64,000 bases of DNA, taken from contig OZ024743.1 in assembly GCA_964016885.1 (NCBI GenBank), forward strand, positions 133,114,001-133,178,000, given 5' to 3'. The position numbers and the translations under genes were made by a program. The DNA is from Eledone cirrhosa. Lineage: Eukaryota. The notes under the pieces were generated by a model. The model did no database searches. It worked only from the letters and a program-made list of their open reading frames with translations, and was not told where the DNA came from. Shown in pieces: positions 10,850-26,500 of this stretch (position 1 is the stretch's first letter; the number at the start of each line of letters is the position of its first letter).

Positions 10850-13800
10850 AAACAGCAAACACCAAACAGCAAACACCAAACACCAAACACCAACCAGTAA
10901 ACACCAAACACCAAACACCAAACAGCAAACACCAAACAGCAAACACCAAACAGCAAACACCAAACACCAAACACCAAACAGCAAACGCCAAAAAGCAAAC
11001 GCCAAACCCCATACGCCAAACAGCAAATGCCAAACCCCAAACGCCAAACAGCAAACGCCAAGCACCGAACACCAAACACCAAGCGCCAAGCACCAAACAC
11101 CAAACACCAAGCACCAAGCACCAAACACCAAACACCAAGCACCAATCACCAAACACCAAGCACCAAGCGCCAAGCACCAAACACCAAACACCTAGCACCA
11201 AGCACCAAGCACCAAACACCAAGTACCAAACACCAATCACCAAGCCCCAAGCACCAAACACCAAGCACCAAGCACCAAACACCAAACACCAAGCACCAAG
11301 CACCCAGAACCAAGCACCAAGCACCAAACACCAAGCACCAAGCACCGAGCACCAAACACCAAGAACCAAGCACCAAGCACTAAACACCAAACACCAAGCA
11401 CCAAGCACCAAACACCATACACCAAGCACCAAACACCAAACAGCAAACGCCAAAAAGCAAACGCCAAACCCCATATGCCAAACAGCAAATGCCAAACTCC
11501 AAACGCCAAACAGCAAACGCCAGGCACCAAACACAAAACACCAAGCGCCAAGCACCAAACACCAAACACCAAGCACCAAGCACCAAACACCAAACACCAA
11601 GCACCAATCACCAAACACCAAGCACCAAGCGCCAAGCACCAAACACCAAACACCTAGCACCAAGCACCAAGCACCAAACACCAAGCACCAAACACCAATC
11701 ACCAAGCCCCAAGCACCAAACACCAAGCACCAAGCACCAAACACCAAACACCAAGCACCAAGCACCAAGGACCAAGCACCAAACACCAAGCACCAAGCAC
11801 CGAGCACCAAACACCAAGAACCAAGCACCAAGCACTAAACACCAAACACCAAGCACCAAGCACCAAACACCAAACACCAAGCACCAAGTACAAAACTCCA
11901 AACACCAAACACCAAGCACCAAGCACCAAATCCCAAGCACCAAACACCAAGCACCAATCACCAAACACCAAACACCAAGCACCAAGCACCAAACTCCAAA
12001 AACCAAGCACCAAGCACCAAGCACCAAACACCAAACGCCAAACACCAAACACCAAGTACCAAGCACCAAACACCAAGCACCAAGCGCCAAAGACCAAACA
12101 CCAAGCACCAAGCACGAAACACCAAGCACCAAGCACCGAGCACCAAACACCAAGTACCAAGCACCAATCACCAAACACCAAGCACCAATCACCAAACACC
12201 AAACACCAAGCACCAAGCACCAAGCATCAAGCACCAAGCACCAAACACCAACCACCAAGCACCAAACACCAAACACAAAACAACAAGTACCAAGCACCAA
12301 ACACCAAACACCAAACACCAAACACCAAGCACAAGACACCAAGCACCAAGCACCAAGCACCAAGCACCAAAAACCAAGCACCAAGCTCCAAGCACCAAAC
12401 ACCAAGCACCAAACACCAAACACCAAGCACCAAGCACCAAACACCAAGCACCAAGCACCAAGCACCAAGCACCAAACACCAAGCACCAAGCACCAAACAG
12501 CAAACACCAAGCACCAAACACCAAACACCAAGCACCAAGCACCAAGCCCCAAGCACCAAACACCAAGCACCAACCACCAAACACCAAGCACGAAGCACCA
12601 AGCACCATGCACCAAACACCAAGCACCAAGCACCAAACAGCAAACACCAAACAGCAAACACCAAACACCAAACACCAACCAGCAAACACCAAACACCAAA
12701 CACCAAACAGCAAACACCAAACAGCAAACACCAAACAGCAAACACCAAACACCAAACACCAAACAGCAAACGCCAAAAAGCAAACGCCAAACCCCATACG
12801 CCAAACAGCAAATGCCAAACCCCAAACGCCAAACAGCAAACGCCAAGCACCGAACACCAAACACCAAGCGCCAAGCACCAAACACCAAACACCAAGCGCC
12901 AAGCACCAAACACCAAACACCAAGCACCAAGCACCAAACACCAAACACCAAGCACCAATCACCAAACACCAAGCACCAAGCGCCAAGCACCAAACACCAA
13001 ACACCTAGCACCAAGCACCAAGCACCAAACACCAAGTACCAAACACCAATCACCAAGCCCCAAGCACCAAACACCAAGCACCAAGCACCAAACACCAAAC
13101 ACCAAGCACCAAGCACCCAGAACCAAGCACCAAGCACCAAACACCAAGCACCAAGCACCGAGCACCAAACACCAAGAACCAAGCACCAAGCACTAAACAC
13201 CAAACACCAAGCACCAAGCACCAAACACCATACACCAAGCACCAAACACCAAACAGCAAACGCCAAAAAGCAAACGCCAAACCCCATATGCCAAACAGCA
13301 AATGCCAAACTCCAAACGCCAAACAGCAAACGCCAGGCACCAAACACAAAACACCAAGCGCCAAGCACCAAACACCAAACACCAAGCACCAAGCACCAAA
13401 CACCAAACACCAAGCACCAATCACCAAACACCAAGCACCAAGCGCCAAGCACCAAACACCAAACACCTAGCACCAAGCACCAAGCACCAAACACCAAGCA
13501 CCAAACACCAATCACCAAGCCCCAAGCACCAAACACCAAGCACCAAGCACCAAACACCAAACACCAAGCACCAAGCACCAAGGACCAAGCACCAAACACC
13601 AAGCACCAAGCACCGAGCACCAAACACCAAGAACCAAGCACCAAGCACTAAACACCAAACACCAAGCACCAAGCACCAAACACCAAACACCAAGCACCAA
13701 GTACAAAACTCCAAACACCAAACACCAAGCACCAAGCACCAAATCCCAAGCACCAAACACCAAGCACCAATCACCAAACACCAAACACCAAGCACCAAGC

Positions 13801-16150
13801 ACCAAACTCCAAAAACCAAGCACCAAGCACCAAGCACCAAACACCAAACGCCAAACACCAAACACCAAGTACCAAGCACCAAACACCAAGCACCAAGCGC
13901 CAAAGACCAAACACCAAGCACCAAGCACGAAACACCAAGCACCAAGCACCGAGCACCAAACACCAAGTACCAAGCACCAATCACCAAACACCAAGCACCA
14001 ATCACCAAACACCAAACACCAAGCACCAAGCACCAAGCATCAAGCACCAAGCACCAAACACCAACCACCAAGCACCAAACACCAAACACAAAACAACAAG
14101 TACCAAGCACCAAACACCAAACACCAAACACCAAACACCAAACACCAAGCACAAGACACCAAGCACCAAGCACCAAGCACCAAGCACCAAAAACCAAGCA
14201 CCAAGCTCCAAGCACCAAACACCAAGCACCAAACACCAAACACCAAGCACCAAGCACCAAACACCAAGCACCAAGCACCAAGCACCAAGCACCAAACACC
14301 AAGCACCAAGCACCAAACAGCAAACACCAAGCACCAAACACCAAACACCAAGCACCAAGCACCAAACACCAAACACCAAACACCAAGCACCAAGCCCCAA
14401 GCACCAAACACCAAGCACCAACCACCAAACACCAAGCACGAAGCACCAAGCACCATGCACCAAACACCAAGCACCAAGCACCAAACAGCAAACACCAAAC
14501 AGCAAACACCAAACACCAAACACCAACCAGCAAACACCAAACACCAAACACCAAACAGCAAACACCAAACAGCAAACACCAAACAGCAAACACCAAACAC
14601 CAAACACCAAACAGCAAACGCCAAAAAGCAAACGCCAAACCCCATACGCCAAACAGCAAATGCCAAACCCCAAACGCCAAACAGCAAACGCCAAGCACCG
14701 AACACCAAACACCAAGCGCCAAGCACCAAACACCAAACACCAAGCACCAAGCACCAAACACCAAACACCAAGCACCAATCACCAAACACCAAGCACCAAG
14801 CGCCAAGCACCAAACACCAAACACCTAGCACCAAGCACCAAGCACCAAACACCAAGTACCAAACACCAATCACCAAGCCCCAAGCACCAAACACCAAGCA
14901 CCAAGCACCAAACACCAAACACCAAGCACCAAGCACCCAGAACCAAGCACCAAGCACCAAACACCAAGCACCAAGCACCGAGCACCAAACACCAAGAACC
15001 AAGCACCAAGCACTAAACACCAAACACCAAGCACCAAGCACCAAACACCATACACCAAGCACCAAACACCAAACAGCAAACCCCAAAAAGCAAACGCCAA
15101 ACCCCACATGCCAAACAGCAAATGCCAAACTCCAAACGCCAAACAGCAAACGCCAGGCACCAAACACCAAACACCAAGCGCCAAGCACCAAACACCAAAC
15201 ACCAAGCACCAAGCACCAAACACCAAACACAAAGCACCAATCACCAAACACCAAGCACCAAGCGCCAAGCACCAAACACCAAACACCTAGCACCAAGCAC
15301 CAAGCACCAAACACCAAGCACCAAACACCAATCACCAAGCCCCAAGCACCAAACACCAAGCACCAAGCACCAAACACCAAACACCAAGCACCAAGCACCA
15401 AGGACCAAGCACCAAACACCAAGCACCAAGCACCGAGCACCAAACACCAAGAACCAAGTACCAAGCACTAAACACCAAACACCAAGCACCAAGCACTAAA
15501 CACCAAACACCAAGCACCAAGTACAAAACTCCAAACACCAAACACCAAGCACCAAGCACCAAATCCCAAGCACCAAACACCAAGCACCAATCACCAAACA
15601 CCAAACACCAAGCACCAAGCACCAAACTCCAAAAACCAAGCACCAAGCACCAAGCACCAAACACCAAACGCCAAACACCAAACACCAAGTACCAAGCACC
15701 AAACACCAAGCACCAAGCGCCAAAGACCAAACACCAAGCACCAAGCACGAAACACCAAGCACCAAGCACCGAGCACCAAACACCAAGTACCAAGCACCAA
15801 TCACCAAACACCAAGCACCAAGCACCAAACACCAAACACCAAGCACCAAGCACCAAGCATCAAGCACCAAGCACCAAACACCAACCACCAAGCACCAAAC
15901 ACCAAACACAAAACAACAAGTACCAAGCACCAAACACCAAACACCAAACACCAAACACCAAGCACCAAGCACAAGACACCAAGCACCAAGCACCAAGTAC
16001 CAAGCACCAAAAACCAAGCACCAAGCTCCAAGCACCAAACACCAAGCACCAAACACCAAACACCAAGCACCAAGCACCAAACACCAAGCACCAAGCGCCA
16101 AACACCAAACACCAAGCACCAAGCACCAAACACCAAGCACCAACCACCAA
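10850..16150. repeat. Tandem trimer of an 1813/1820-bp higher-order unit (259/260 heptamers)
   Basis: Marker TACAAAACTCC at 11889, 13702, 15522. Identical ORF translations at 11146, 12959, 14779. Confidence 0.88.
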
Positions 16151-16830
16151 GCACCAAGCACCAAACACCAAACACCAAGCACCAAGTACAAAACTCCAAA
16201 CACCAAACACCAAGCACCAAGCACCAAATCCCAAGCACCAAACACCAAGCACCAATCACCAAACACCAAACACCAAGCACCAAGCACCAAACTCCAAAAA
16301 CCAAGCACCAAGCACCAAGCACCAAACACCAAACGCCAAACACCAAACACCAAGTACCAAGCACCAAACACCAAGCACCAAGCGCCAAAGACCAAACACC
16401 AAGCACCAAGCACGAAACACCAAGCACCAAGCACCGAGCACCAAACACCAAGTACCAAGCACCAATCACCAAACACCAAGCACCAAGCACCAAACACCAA
16501 ACACCAAGCACCAAGCACCAAGCATCAAGCACCAAGCACCAAACACCAACCACCAAGCACCAAACACCAAACACAAAACAACAAGTACCAAGCACCAAAC
16601 ACCAAACACCAAACACCAAACACCAAGCACCAAGCACAAGACACCAAGCACCAAGCACCAAGCACCAAGCACCAAAAACCAAGCACCAAGCTCCAAGCAC
16701 CAAACACCAAGCACCAAACACCAAACACCAAGCACCAAGCACCAAACACCAAGCACCAAGCGCCAAACACCAAACACCAAGCACCAAGCACCAAACACCA
16801 AGCACCAACCACCAAGCACCAAACACCAAG
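15500..16830. repeat. 665-bp (95 heptamer) tandem duplication
   Basis: TACAAAACTCC at 15522 and 16187; identical ORFs 15591..15800 and 16256..16465. The paralogous spacing in the distal copy is 658 bp (40918/41576). Confidence 0.85.
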
Positions 16831-19800
16831 CACCAAGCACCAAGCACCAAGCACCAAGCACCAAACACCAAGCACCAAGCACCAAACAGCAAACACCAAG
16901 CACCAAACACCAAACACCAAGCACCAAGCAACAAACACCAAACACCAAGCACCAAACACCAAGCACCAAGCCCCAAGCACGAAACACCAAGCACCAAGCA
17001 CCAAGCACCATGCACCAAACACCAAGCACCGAGCACCAAACAGCAAACACCAAACAGCAAACACCAAACAGCAAACACCAAACAGCAAACACCAAACAGC
17101 AAACACCAAACAGCAAACGCCAAAAAGCAAACGCCAAACTCCAAACGCCAAACAGCAAATGCCAAACCCAAACGCCAAACAGCAAACGCCAAGCACAAAA
17201 CACCAAACACCAAGCGCCAAGCACCAAACACCAAACACCAAGCACCAAGCACCAAACACCAAACACCAAGCACCAAGTACCAAACACCAAACACCAAGCA
17301 CCAAACACCAAACAGCAAACGCAAAAAAGCAAACGCCAAACCCCATACGCCAAACAGCAAATGCCAAACCCCAAATGCCAAACGGCAAACGCCAAGCACC
17401 AAACACCAAACACCAAGCGCCAAGCACCAAACACCAAACACCAAGCACCAAGCACCAAACACCAAACACCAAGCACCAATCACCAAACACCAAACACCAA
17501 GCGCCAAACACCAAACACCAAACACCTATCACCAAGCACCAAGCACCAAACACCAAGCAACAAACACCAAGCACCAAGCACCAAGCACCAAACACCAATC
17601 ACCAAGCCCCAAGCACCAAACACCAAGCACCCAGCACCAAACACCAAACACCAAGCACCAAGCACCCAGAACAAAGCACCAAGCACCAAACACCAAACAC
17701 CAAGCTCCAAGCACCAAACACCAAACACCAAGCACCAAGCACCAAGCACCAAACACCAAACACCAAGCACCAATCACCAAACACCAAGCACCAAGCGCCA
17801 AACACCAAACACCAAACACCTAGCACCAAGCACCAAGCACCGAACACCAAGCACCAAGCACCAAGCACCAAGCACCAAGCACCAAACACCAATCACCAAG
17901 CCCCAAGCACCAAACACCAAGCACCAAGCACCAAGCACCAAACACCAAACACCAAGCACCAAGCACCAAACACCAAACACCAAGCACCAAGCACCAAGCA
18001 CCAAGCACCAAACACCATACACCAAACAGCAAACGCCAAAAAGCAAACGCCAAGCCCCATACGCCAAACAGCAAATGCCAAACCCCAAACGCCAAACAGC
18101 AAACGCCAAGCACCAAACACCAAACACCAAGCGCCAAGCACCAAACACCAAACACCAAGCACCAAGCACCAAACACCAAACACCAAGCACCAATCACCAA
18201 ACACCAAGCACCAAGCGCCAAGCACCAGACACCAAGCACCAAGCACCAAACACCAAACACCAAGCACCAAGCACTAAACACCAAACACCAAGCACCAAGC
18301 ACCAAGCACCAAGCACCAAGCACCAAACACCAAGCGCCAAGCACCAAGCACCAAGCACCAAACACCAAGCACCAAGCACCAAACAGCAAACACCAAGCAC
18401 CAAACACCAAACACCAAGCACCAAGCACCAAACACCAAACACCAAACACCAAGCACCAAGCCCCAAGCACCAAACACCAAGCACCAAGCACCAAACACCA
18501 AGCACGAAGCACCAAGCACCATGCACCAAACACCAAGCACCAAGCACCAAACAGCAAACACCAAACAGCAAACACTAAACACCAAACACCAACCAGCAAA
18601 CACCAAACACCAAACACCAAACAGCAAACACCAAACACCAAACACCAAACAGCAAACACCAAACACCAAACACCAAACAGCAAATGCCAAAAAGCAAACG
18701 CCAAACCCCAAACGCCAAACAGCAAATGCCAAACCCCAAACGCCAAACAGCAAACGCCAAGCGCCAAACGCCAAACACCAAGTGCCAAGCACCAAACACC
18801 AAACACCAAGCACCAAGCACCAAGCACCAAACACCAAACAGCAAACGCCAAAAAGCAAACGCCAAACCCCATACGCCAAACAGCAAATGCCAAACCCCAA
18901 ACGCCAAACAGCAAACGCCAAGCACCAAACACCAAACACCAAGCGCCAAGCTCCAAACACCAAACACCAAGCACCAAGCACCAAACACCAAACACCAAGC
19001 ACCAATCACCAAACACCAAGCACCAAGCGCCAAGCACCAAACACCAAACACCTAGCACCAAGCACCAAGCACCAAACACCAAGTACCAAACACCAATCAC
19101 CAAGCCCCAAGCACCAAACACCAAGCGCCAAGCACCAAACACCAAACACCAAGCACCAAGCACCCAGAACCAAGCACCAAGCACCAAACACCAAGCACCA
19201 AGCACCGAGCACCAAACACCAAGAACCAAGCACCAAGCTCTAAACACCAAACACCAAGCACCAAGCACCAAACACCAAACACCAAACACCAAACACCAAA
19301 CAGCAAATGCCAAAAAGCAAACGCCAAACCCCAAACGCCAAACAGTAAATGCCAAACCCCAAACGCCAAACAGCAAACGCCAAGCGCCAAACGCCAAACA
19401 CCAAGCGCCAAGCACCAAACACCAAACACCAAGCACCAAGCACCAAACACCAAACACCAAGCACCAAGTACCAAACACCAAACACCAAGCACCAAACACC
19501 AAACAGCAAACGCCAAAAAGCAAACGCCAAACCCCATACGCCAAACAGCAAATGCCAAACCCCAAACGCCAAACAGCAAACGCCAAGCACCGAACACCAA
19601 ACACCAAGAACCAAGCACCAAGCACTAAACACCAAACACCAAGCACCAAGCACCAAACACCAAACACCAAGCACCAAGCACCGAGCACCAAACACCAAGA
19701 ACCAAGCACCAAGCACTAAACACCAAACACCAAGCACCAAGCACCAAACACCAAGCACCAAGCACCAAACACCAAACAGCAAACGCCAAAAAGCAAACGC

Positions 19801-20567
19801 CAAACCCCATACGCCAAACAGCAAATGCCAAACTCCAAACGCCAAACAGCAAACGCCAGGCACCAAACACCAAACACCAAGCGCCAAGCACCAAACACCA
19901 AACACCAAGCACCAAGCACCAAACACCAAACACCAAGCACCAATCACCAAACACCAAGCACCAAGCGCCAAGCACCAAACACCAAACACCTAGCACCAAG
20001 CACCAAGCACCAAACACCAAGCACCAAACACCAATCACCAAGCCCCAAGCACCAAACACCAAGCACCAAGCACCAAACACCAAACACCAAGCACCAAGCA
20101 CCAAGGACCAAGCACCAAACACCAAGCACCAAGCACCGAGCACCAAACACCAAGAACCAAGCACCAAGCACTAAACACCAAACACCAAGCACCAAGCACC
20201 AAACACCAAACACCAAGCACCAAGTACAACACTCCAAACACCAAACACCAAGCACCAAGCACCAACTCCCAAGCACCAAACACCAAGCACCAATCACCAA
20301 ACACCAAACACCAAGCACCAAGCACCAAACTCCAAAAACCAAGCACCAAACACCAAGCACCAAACACCAAGCACCAAGCGCCAAAGACCAAACACCAAGC
20401 ACCAAGCACGAAACACCAAGCACCAAGCACCGAGCACCAAACACCAAGTACCAAGCACCAATCACCAAACACCAAGCACCAAGCACCAAACACCAAACAC
20501 CAAGCACCAAGCACCAAGCATCAAGCACCAAGCACCAAACACCAACCACCAAGCACCAAACACCAAA

Positions 20568-23500
20568 CACAAAACAACAAGTACCAAGCACCAAACACCA
20601 AACACCAAACACCAAACACCAAGCACCAAGCACAAGACACCAAGCACCAAGCACCAAGCACCAAGCACCAAAAACCAAGCACCAAGCTCCAAGCACCAAA
20701 TACCAAGCACCAAACACCAAACACCAAGCACCAAGCACCAAACACCAAGCACCAAGCGCCAAACACCAAACACCAAGCACCAAGCACCAAACACCAAGCA
20801 CCAACCACCAAGCACCAAACACGAAGCACCAAGCACCAAGCACCAAGCACCAAGCACCAAACACCAAGCACCAAGCACCAAACAGCAAACACCAAGCACC
20901 AAACACCAAACACCACGCACCAAGCAACAAACACCAAACACCAAGCACCAAACACCAAGCACCAAGCCCCAAGCACGAAACACGAAACACCAAGCACCAA
21001 GCACCAAGCACCATGCACCAAACACCAAGCACCAAGCACCAAACAGCAAACACCAAACAGCAAACACCAAACAGCAAACACCAAACAGCAAACACCAAAC
21101 AGCAAACACCAAACAGCAAACGCCAAAAAGCAAACGCCAAACTCCAAACGCCAAACAGCAAATGCCAAACCCAAACGCCAAACAGCAAACGCCAAGCACA
21201 AAACACCAAACACCAAGCGCCAAGCACCAAACACCAAACACCAAGCACCAAGCACCAAACACCAAACACCAAGCACCAAGTACCAAACACCAAACACCAA
21301 GCACCAAACACCAAACAGCAAACGCAAAAAAGCAAACGCCAAACCCCATACGCCAAACAGCAAATGCCAAACCCCAAATGCCAAACGGCAAACGCCAAGC
21401 ACCAAACACCAAACACCAAGCGCCAAGCACCAAACACCAAACACCAAGCACCAAGCACCAAACACCAAACACCAAGCACCAATCACCAAACACCAAACAC
21501 CAAGCGCCAAACACCAAACACCAAACACCTATCACCAAGCACCAAGCACCAAACACCAAGCACCAAACACCAAGCACCAAGCACCAAGCACCAAGCACCA
21601 AACACCAATCACCAAGCCCCAAGCACCAAACACCAAGCACCCAGCACCAAACACCAAACACCAAGCACCAAGCACCCAGAACCAAGCACCAAGCACCAAA
21701 CACCAAGCACCAAGCACCAAGCACCAAGCACCAAGCACCAAACGCCAAGCACCAAGCACCAAACAGCAAGCGCCAAGCACCAAACACCAAACACCAAGCA
21801 CCAAGCACCAAACACCAAACACCAAACACCAAGCACCAAGCCCCAAGCACCAAACACCAAGCACCAAGCACCAAACACCAAGCACGAAGCACCAAGCACC
21901 AAACACCAAGTACCAAACACCAATCACCAAGCCCCAAGCACCAAACACCAAGCACCAAGCACCAAACACCAAACACCAAGCACCAAGCACCCAGAACCAA
22001 GCACCAAGCACCAAACACCAAGCACCAAGCACCGAGCACCAAACACCAAGAACCAAGCACCAAGCACTAAACACCAAACACCAAGCACCAAGCACCAAAC
22101 ACCAAACACCAAGCACCAAACACCAAACAGCAAACGCCAAAAAGCAAACGCCAAACCCCATATGCCAAACAGCAAATGCCAAACTCCAAACGCCAAACAG
22201 CAAACGCCAGGCACCAAACACCAAACACCAAGCGCCAAGCACCAAACACCAAACACCAAGCACCAAGCACCAAACACCAAACACCAAGCACCAATCACCA
22301 AACACCAAGCACCAAGCGCCAAGCACCAAACACCAAACACCTAGCACCAAGCACCAAGCACCAAACACCAAGCACCAAACACCAATCACTAAGCCCCAAG
22401 CACCAAACACCAAGCACCAAGCACCAAACACCAAACACCAAGCACCAAGCACCAAGGACCAAGCACCAAACACCAAGCACCAAGCACCGAGCACCAAACA
22501 CCAAGAACCAAGCACCAAGCACTAAACACCAAACACCAAGCACCAAGCACCAAACACCAAACACCAAGCACCAAGTACAAAACTCCAAACACCAAACACC
22601 AAGCACCAAGCACCAAATCCCAAGCACCAAACACCAAGCACCAATCACCAAACACCAAACACCAAGCACCAAGCACCAAACTCCAAAAACCAAGCACCAA
22701 GCACCAAGCACCAAACACCAAACGCCAAACACCAAACACCAAGTACCAAGCACCAAACACCAAGCACCAAGCGCCAAAGACCAAACACCAAGCACCAAGC
22801 ACTAAACACCAAGCACCAAGCACCGAGCACCAAACACCAAGTACCAAGCACCAATCACCAAACACCAAGCACCAAGCACCAAACACCAAACACCAAGCAC
22901 CAAGCACCAAGCATCAAGTACCAAGCACCAAACACCAACCACCAAACACCAAACACCAAGCACCAAGCACAAGACACCAAGCACCAAGCACCAAGCACCA
23001 AGCACCAAAAACCAAGCACCAAGCTCCAAGCACCAAACACCAAGCACCAAACACCAAACACCAAGCACCAAGCACCAAACACCAAGCACCAAGCGCCAAA
23101 CACCAAACACCAAGCACCAAGCACCAAACACCAAGCACCAACCACCAAGCACCAAACACCAAGCACCAGGCACCAAGCACCAAGCACCAAGCACCAAACA
23201 CCAAGCACCAAGCACCAAACAGCAAACACCAAGCACCAAACACCAAACACCAAGCACCAAGCAACAAACACCAAACACCAAGCACCAAACACCAAGCACC
23301 AAGCCCCAAGCACGAAACACCAAGCACCAAGCACGAAACACCAAGCACCAAGCACCAAGCACCATGCACCAAACACCAAACAGCAAACACCAAACAGCAA
23401 ACACCAAACAGCAAACACCAAACCGCAAACACCAAACAGCAAACGCCAAAAAGCAAACGCCAAACTCCAAACGCCAAACAGCAAATGCCAAACCCAAACG

Positions 23501-26500
23501 CCAAACAGCAAACGCCAAGCACAAAACACCAAACACCAAGCGCCAAGCACCAAACACCAAACACCAAGCACCAAGCACCAAACACCAAACACCAAGCACC
23601 AAGTACCAAACACCAAACACCAATCACCAAACACCAAACACCAAGCGCCAAACACCAAACACCAAACACCTATCACCAAGCACCAGGCACCAAACACCAA
23701 GCACCAAACACCAAGCACCAAGCACCAAGCACCAAGCACCAAACACCAATCACCAAGCCCCAAGCACCAAACACCAAGCACCCAGCACCAAACACCAAAC
23801 ACCAAGCACCAAGCACCCAGAACAAAGCACCAAGCACCAAACACCAAACACCAAGCTCCAAGCACCAAACACCAAACACCAAGCACCAAGCACCAAGCAC
23901 CAAACACCAAATACCAAGCACCAATCACCAAACACCAAGCACCAAGCGCCAAACACCAAACACTAAACACCTAGCACCAAGCACCAAGCACCGAACAGCA
24001 AGCACCAAGCACCAAGCACCAAGCACCAAGCACCAAACACCAATCACCAAGCCCCAAGCACCAAACACCAAGCACCAAGCACCAAGCACCAAACACCAAA
24101 CACCAAGCACCAAGCACCAAACACCAAACACCAAGCACCAAGCACCAAGCACCAAGCACCAAACACCATACACCAAACAGCAAACGCCAAAAAGCAAACG
24201 CCAAACCCCATACGCCAAACAGCAAATGCCAAACCCCAAACGCCAAACAGCAAACGCCAAGCACCAAACACCAAACACCAAGCGCCAAGCACCAAACACC
24301 AAACACCAAGCACCAAGCACCAAACACCAAACACCAAGCACCAATCACCAAACACCAAGCACCAAGCGCCAAGCACCAGACACCAAGCACCAAGCACCAA
24401 ACACCAAACACCAAGCACCAAGCACTAAACACCAAACACCAAGCACCAAGCACCAAGCACCAAGCACCAAGCACCAAACACCAAGCACCAAACACCAAGC
24501 ACCAAGCACCAAGCACCAAACACCAAGCACCAAGCACCAAACAGCAAACACCAAGCACCAAACACCAAACACCAAGCACCAAGCACCAAACACCAAACAC
24601 CAAACACCAAGCACCAAGCCCCAAGCACCAAACACCAAGCACCAAGCACCAAACACCAAGCACGAAGCACCAAGCACCATGCACCAAACACCAAGCACCA
24701 AGCGCCAAAGACCAAACACAAAACAACAAGTACCAAGCACCAAACACCAAACACCAAACACCAAACACCAAGCACCAAGCACAAGACACCAAGCACCAAG
24801 CACCAAGCACCAAGCACCAAAAACCAAGCACCAAGCTCCAAGCACCAAATACCAAGCACCAAACACCAAACACCAAGCACCAAGCACCAAACACCAAGCA
24901 CCAAGCGCCAAACACCAAACACCAAGCACCAAGCACCAAACACCAAGCACCAACCACCAAGCACCAAACACGAAGCACCAAGCACCAAGCACCAAGCACC
25001 AAGCACCAAACACCAAGCACCAAGCACCAAACAGCAAACACCAAGCACCAAACACCAAACACCACGCACCAAGCAACAAACACCAAACACCAAGCACCAA
25101 ACACCAAGCACCAAGCCCCAAGCACGAAACACGAAACACCAAGCACCAAGCACCAAGCACCATGCACCAAACACCAAGCACCAAGCACCAAACAGCAAAC
25201 ACCAAACAGCAAACACCAAACAGCAAACACCAAACAGCAAACACCAAACAGCAAACACCAAACAGCAAACGCCAAAAAGCAAACGCCAAACTCCAAACGC
25301 CAAACAGCAAATGCCAAACCCAAACGCCAAACAGCAAACGCCAAGCACAAAACACCAAACACCAAGCGCCAAGCACCAAACACCAAACACCAAGCACCAA
25401 GCACCAAACACCAAACACCAAGCACCAAGTACCAAACACCAAACACCAAGCACCAAACACCAAACAGCAAACGCAAAAAAGCAAACGCCAAACCCCATAC
25501 GCCAAACAGCAAATGCCAAACCCCAAATGCCAAACGGCAAACGCCAAGCACCAAACACCAAACACCAAGCGCCAAGCACCAAACACCAAACACCAAGCAC
25601 CAAGCACCAAACACCAAACACCAAGCACCAATCACCAAACACCAAACACCAAGCGCCAAACACCAAACACCAAACACCTATCACCAAGCACCAAGCACCA
25701 AACACCAAGCACCAAACACCAAGCACCAAGCACCAAGCACCAAGCACCAAACACCAATCACCAAGCCCCAAGCACCAAACACCAAGCACCCAGCACCAAA
25801 CACCAAACACCAAGCACCAAGCACCCAGAACCAAGCACCAAGCACCAAACACCAAGCACCAAGCACCAAGCACCAAGCACCAAGCACCAAACGCCAAGCA
25901 CCAAGCACCAAACAGCAAGCGCCAAGCACCAAACACCAAACACCAAGCACCAAGCACCAAACACCAAACACCAAACACCAAGCACCAAGCCCCAAGCACC
26001 AAACACCAAGCACCAAGCACCAAACACCAAGCACGAAGCACCAAGCACCAAACACCAAGTACCAAACACCAATCACCAAGCCCCAAGCACCAAACACCAA
26101 GCACCAAGCACCAAACACCAAACACCAAGCACCAAGCACCCAGAACCAAGCACCAAGCACCAAACACCAAGCACCAAGCACCGAGCACCAAACACCAAGA
26201 ACCAAGCACCAAGCACTAAACACCAAACACCAAGCACCAAGCACCAAACACCAAACACCAAGCACCAAACACCAAACAGCAAACGCCAAAAAGCAAACGC
26301 CAAACCCCATATGCCAAACAGCAAATGCCAAACTCCAAACGCCAAACAGCAAACGCCAGGCACCAAACACCAAACACCAAGCGCCAAGCACCAAACACCA
26401 AACACCAAGCACCAAGCACCAAACACCAAACACCAAGCACCAATCACCAAACACCAAGCACCAAGCGCCAAGCACCAAACACCAAACACCTAGCACCAAG

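Larger units (their letters stand above)
8711..21680. repeat. Large segmental duplication, copy 1 (partner 35871-46936)
   Basis: Private variants at offset 27160: AAGCAGACGC 9831/36991 and AACAAGGCAC 10181/37341. The offset then steps to 27216, 25396, 25445, 25242 and 25256. Confidence 0.88.
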
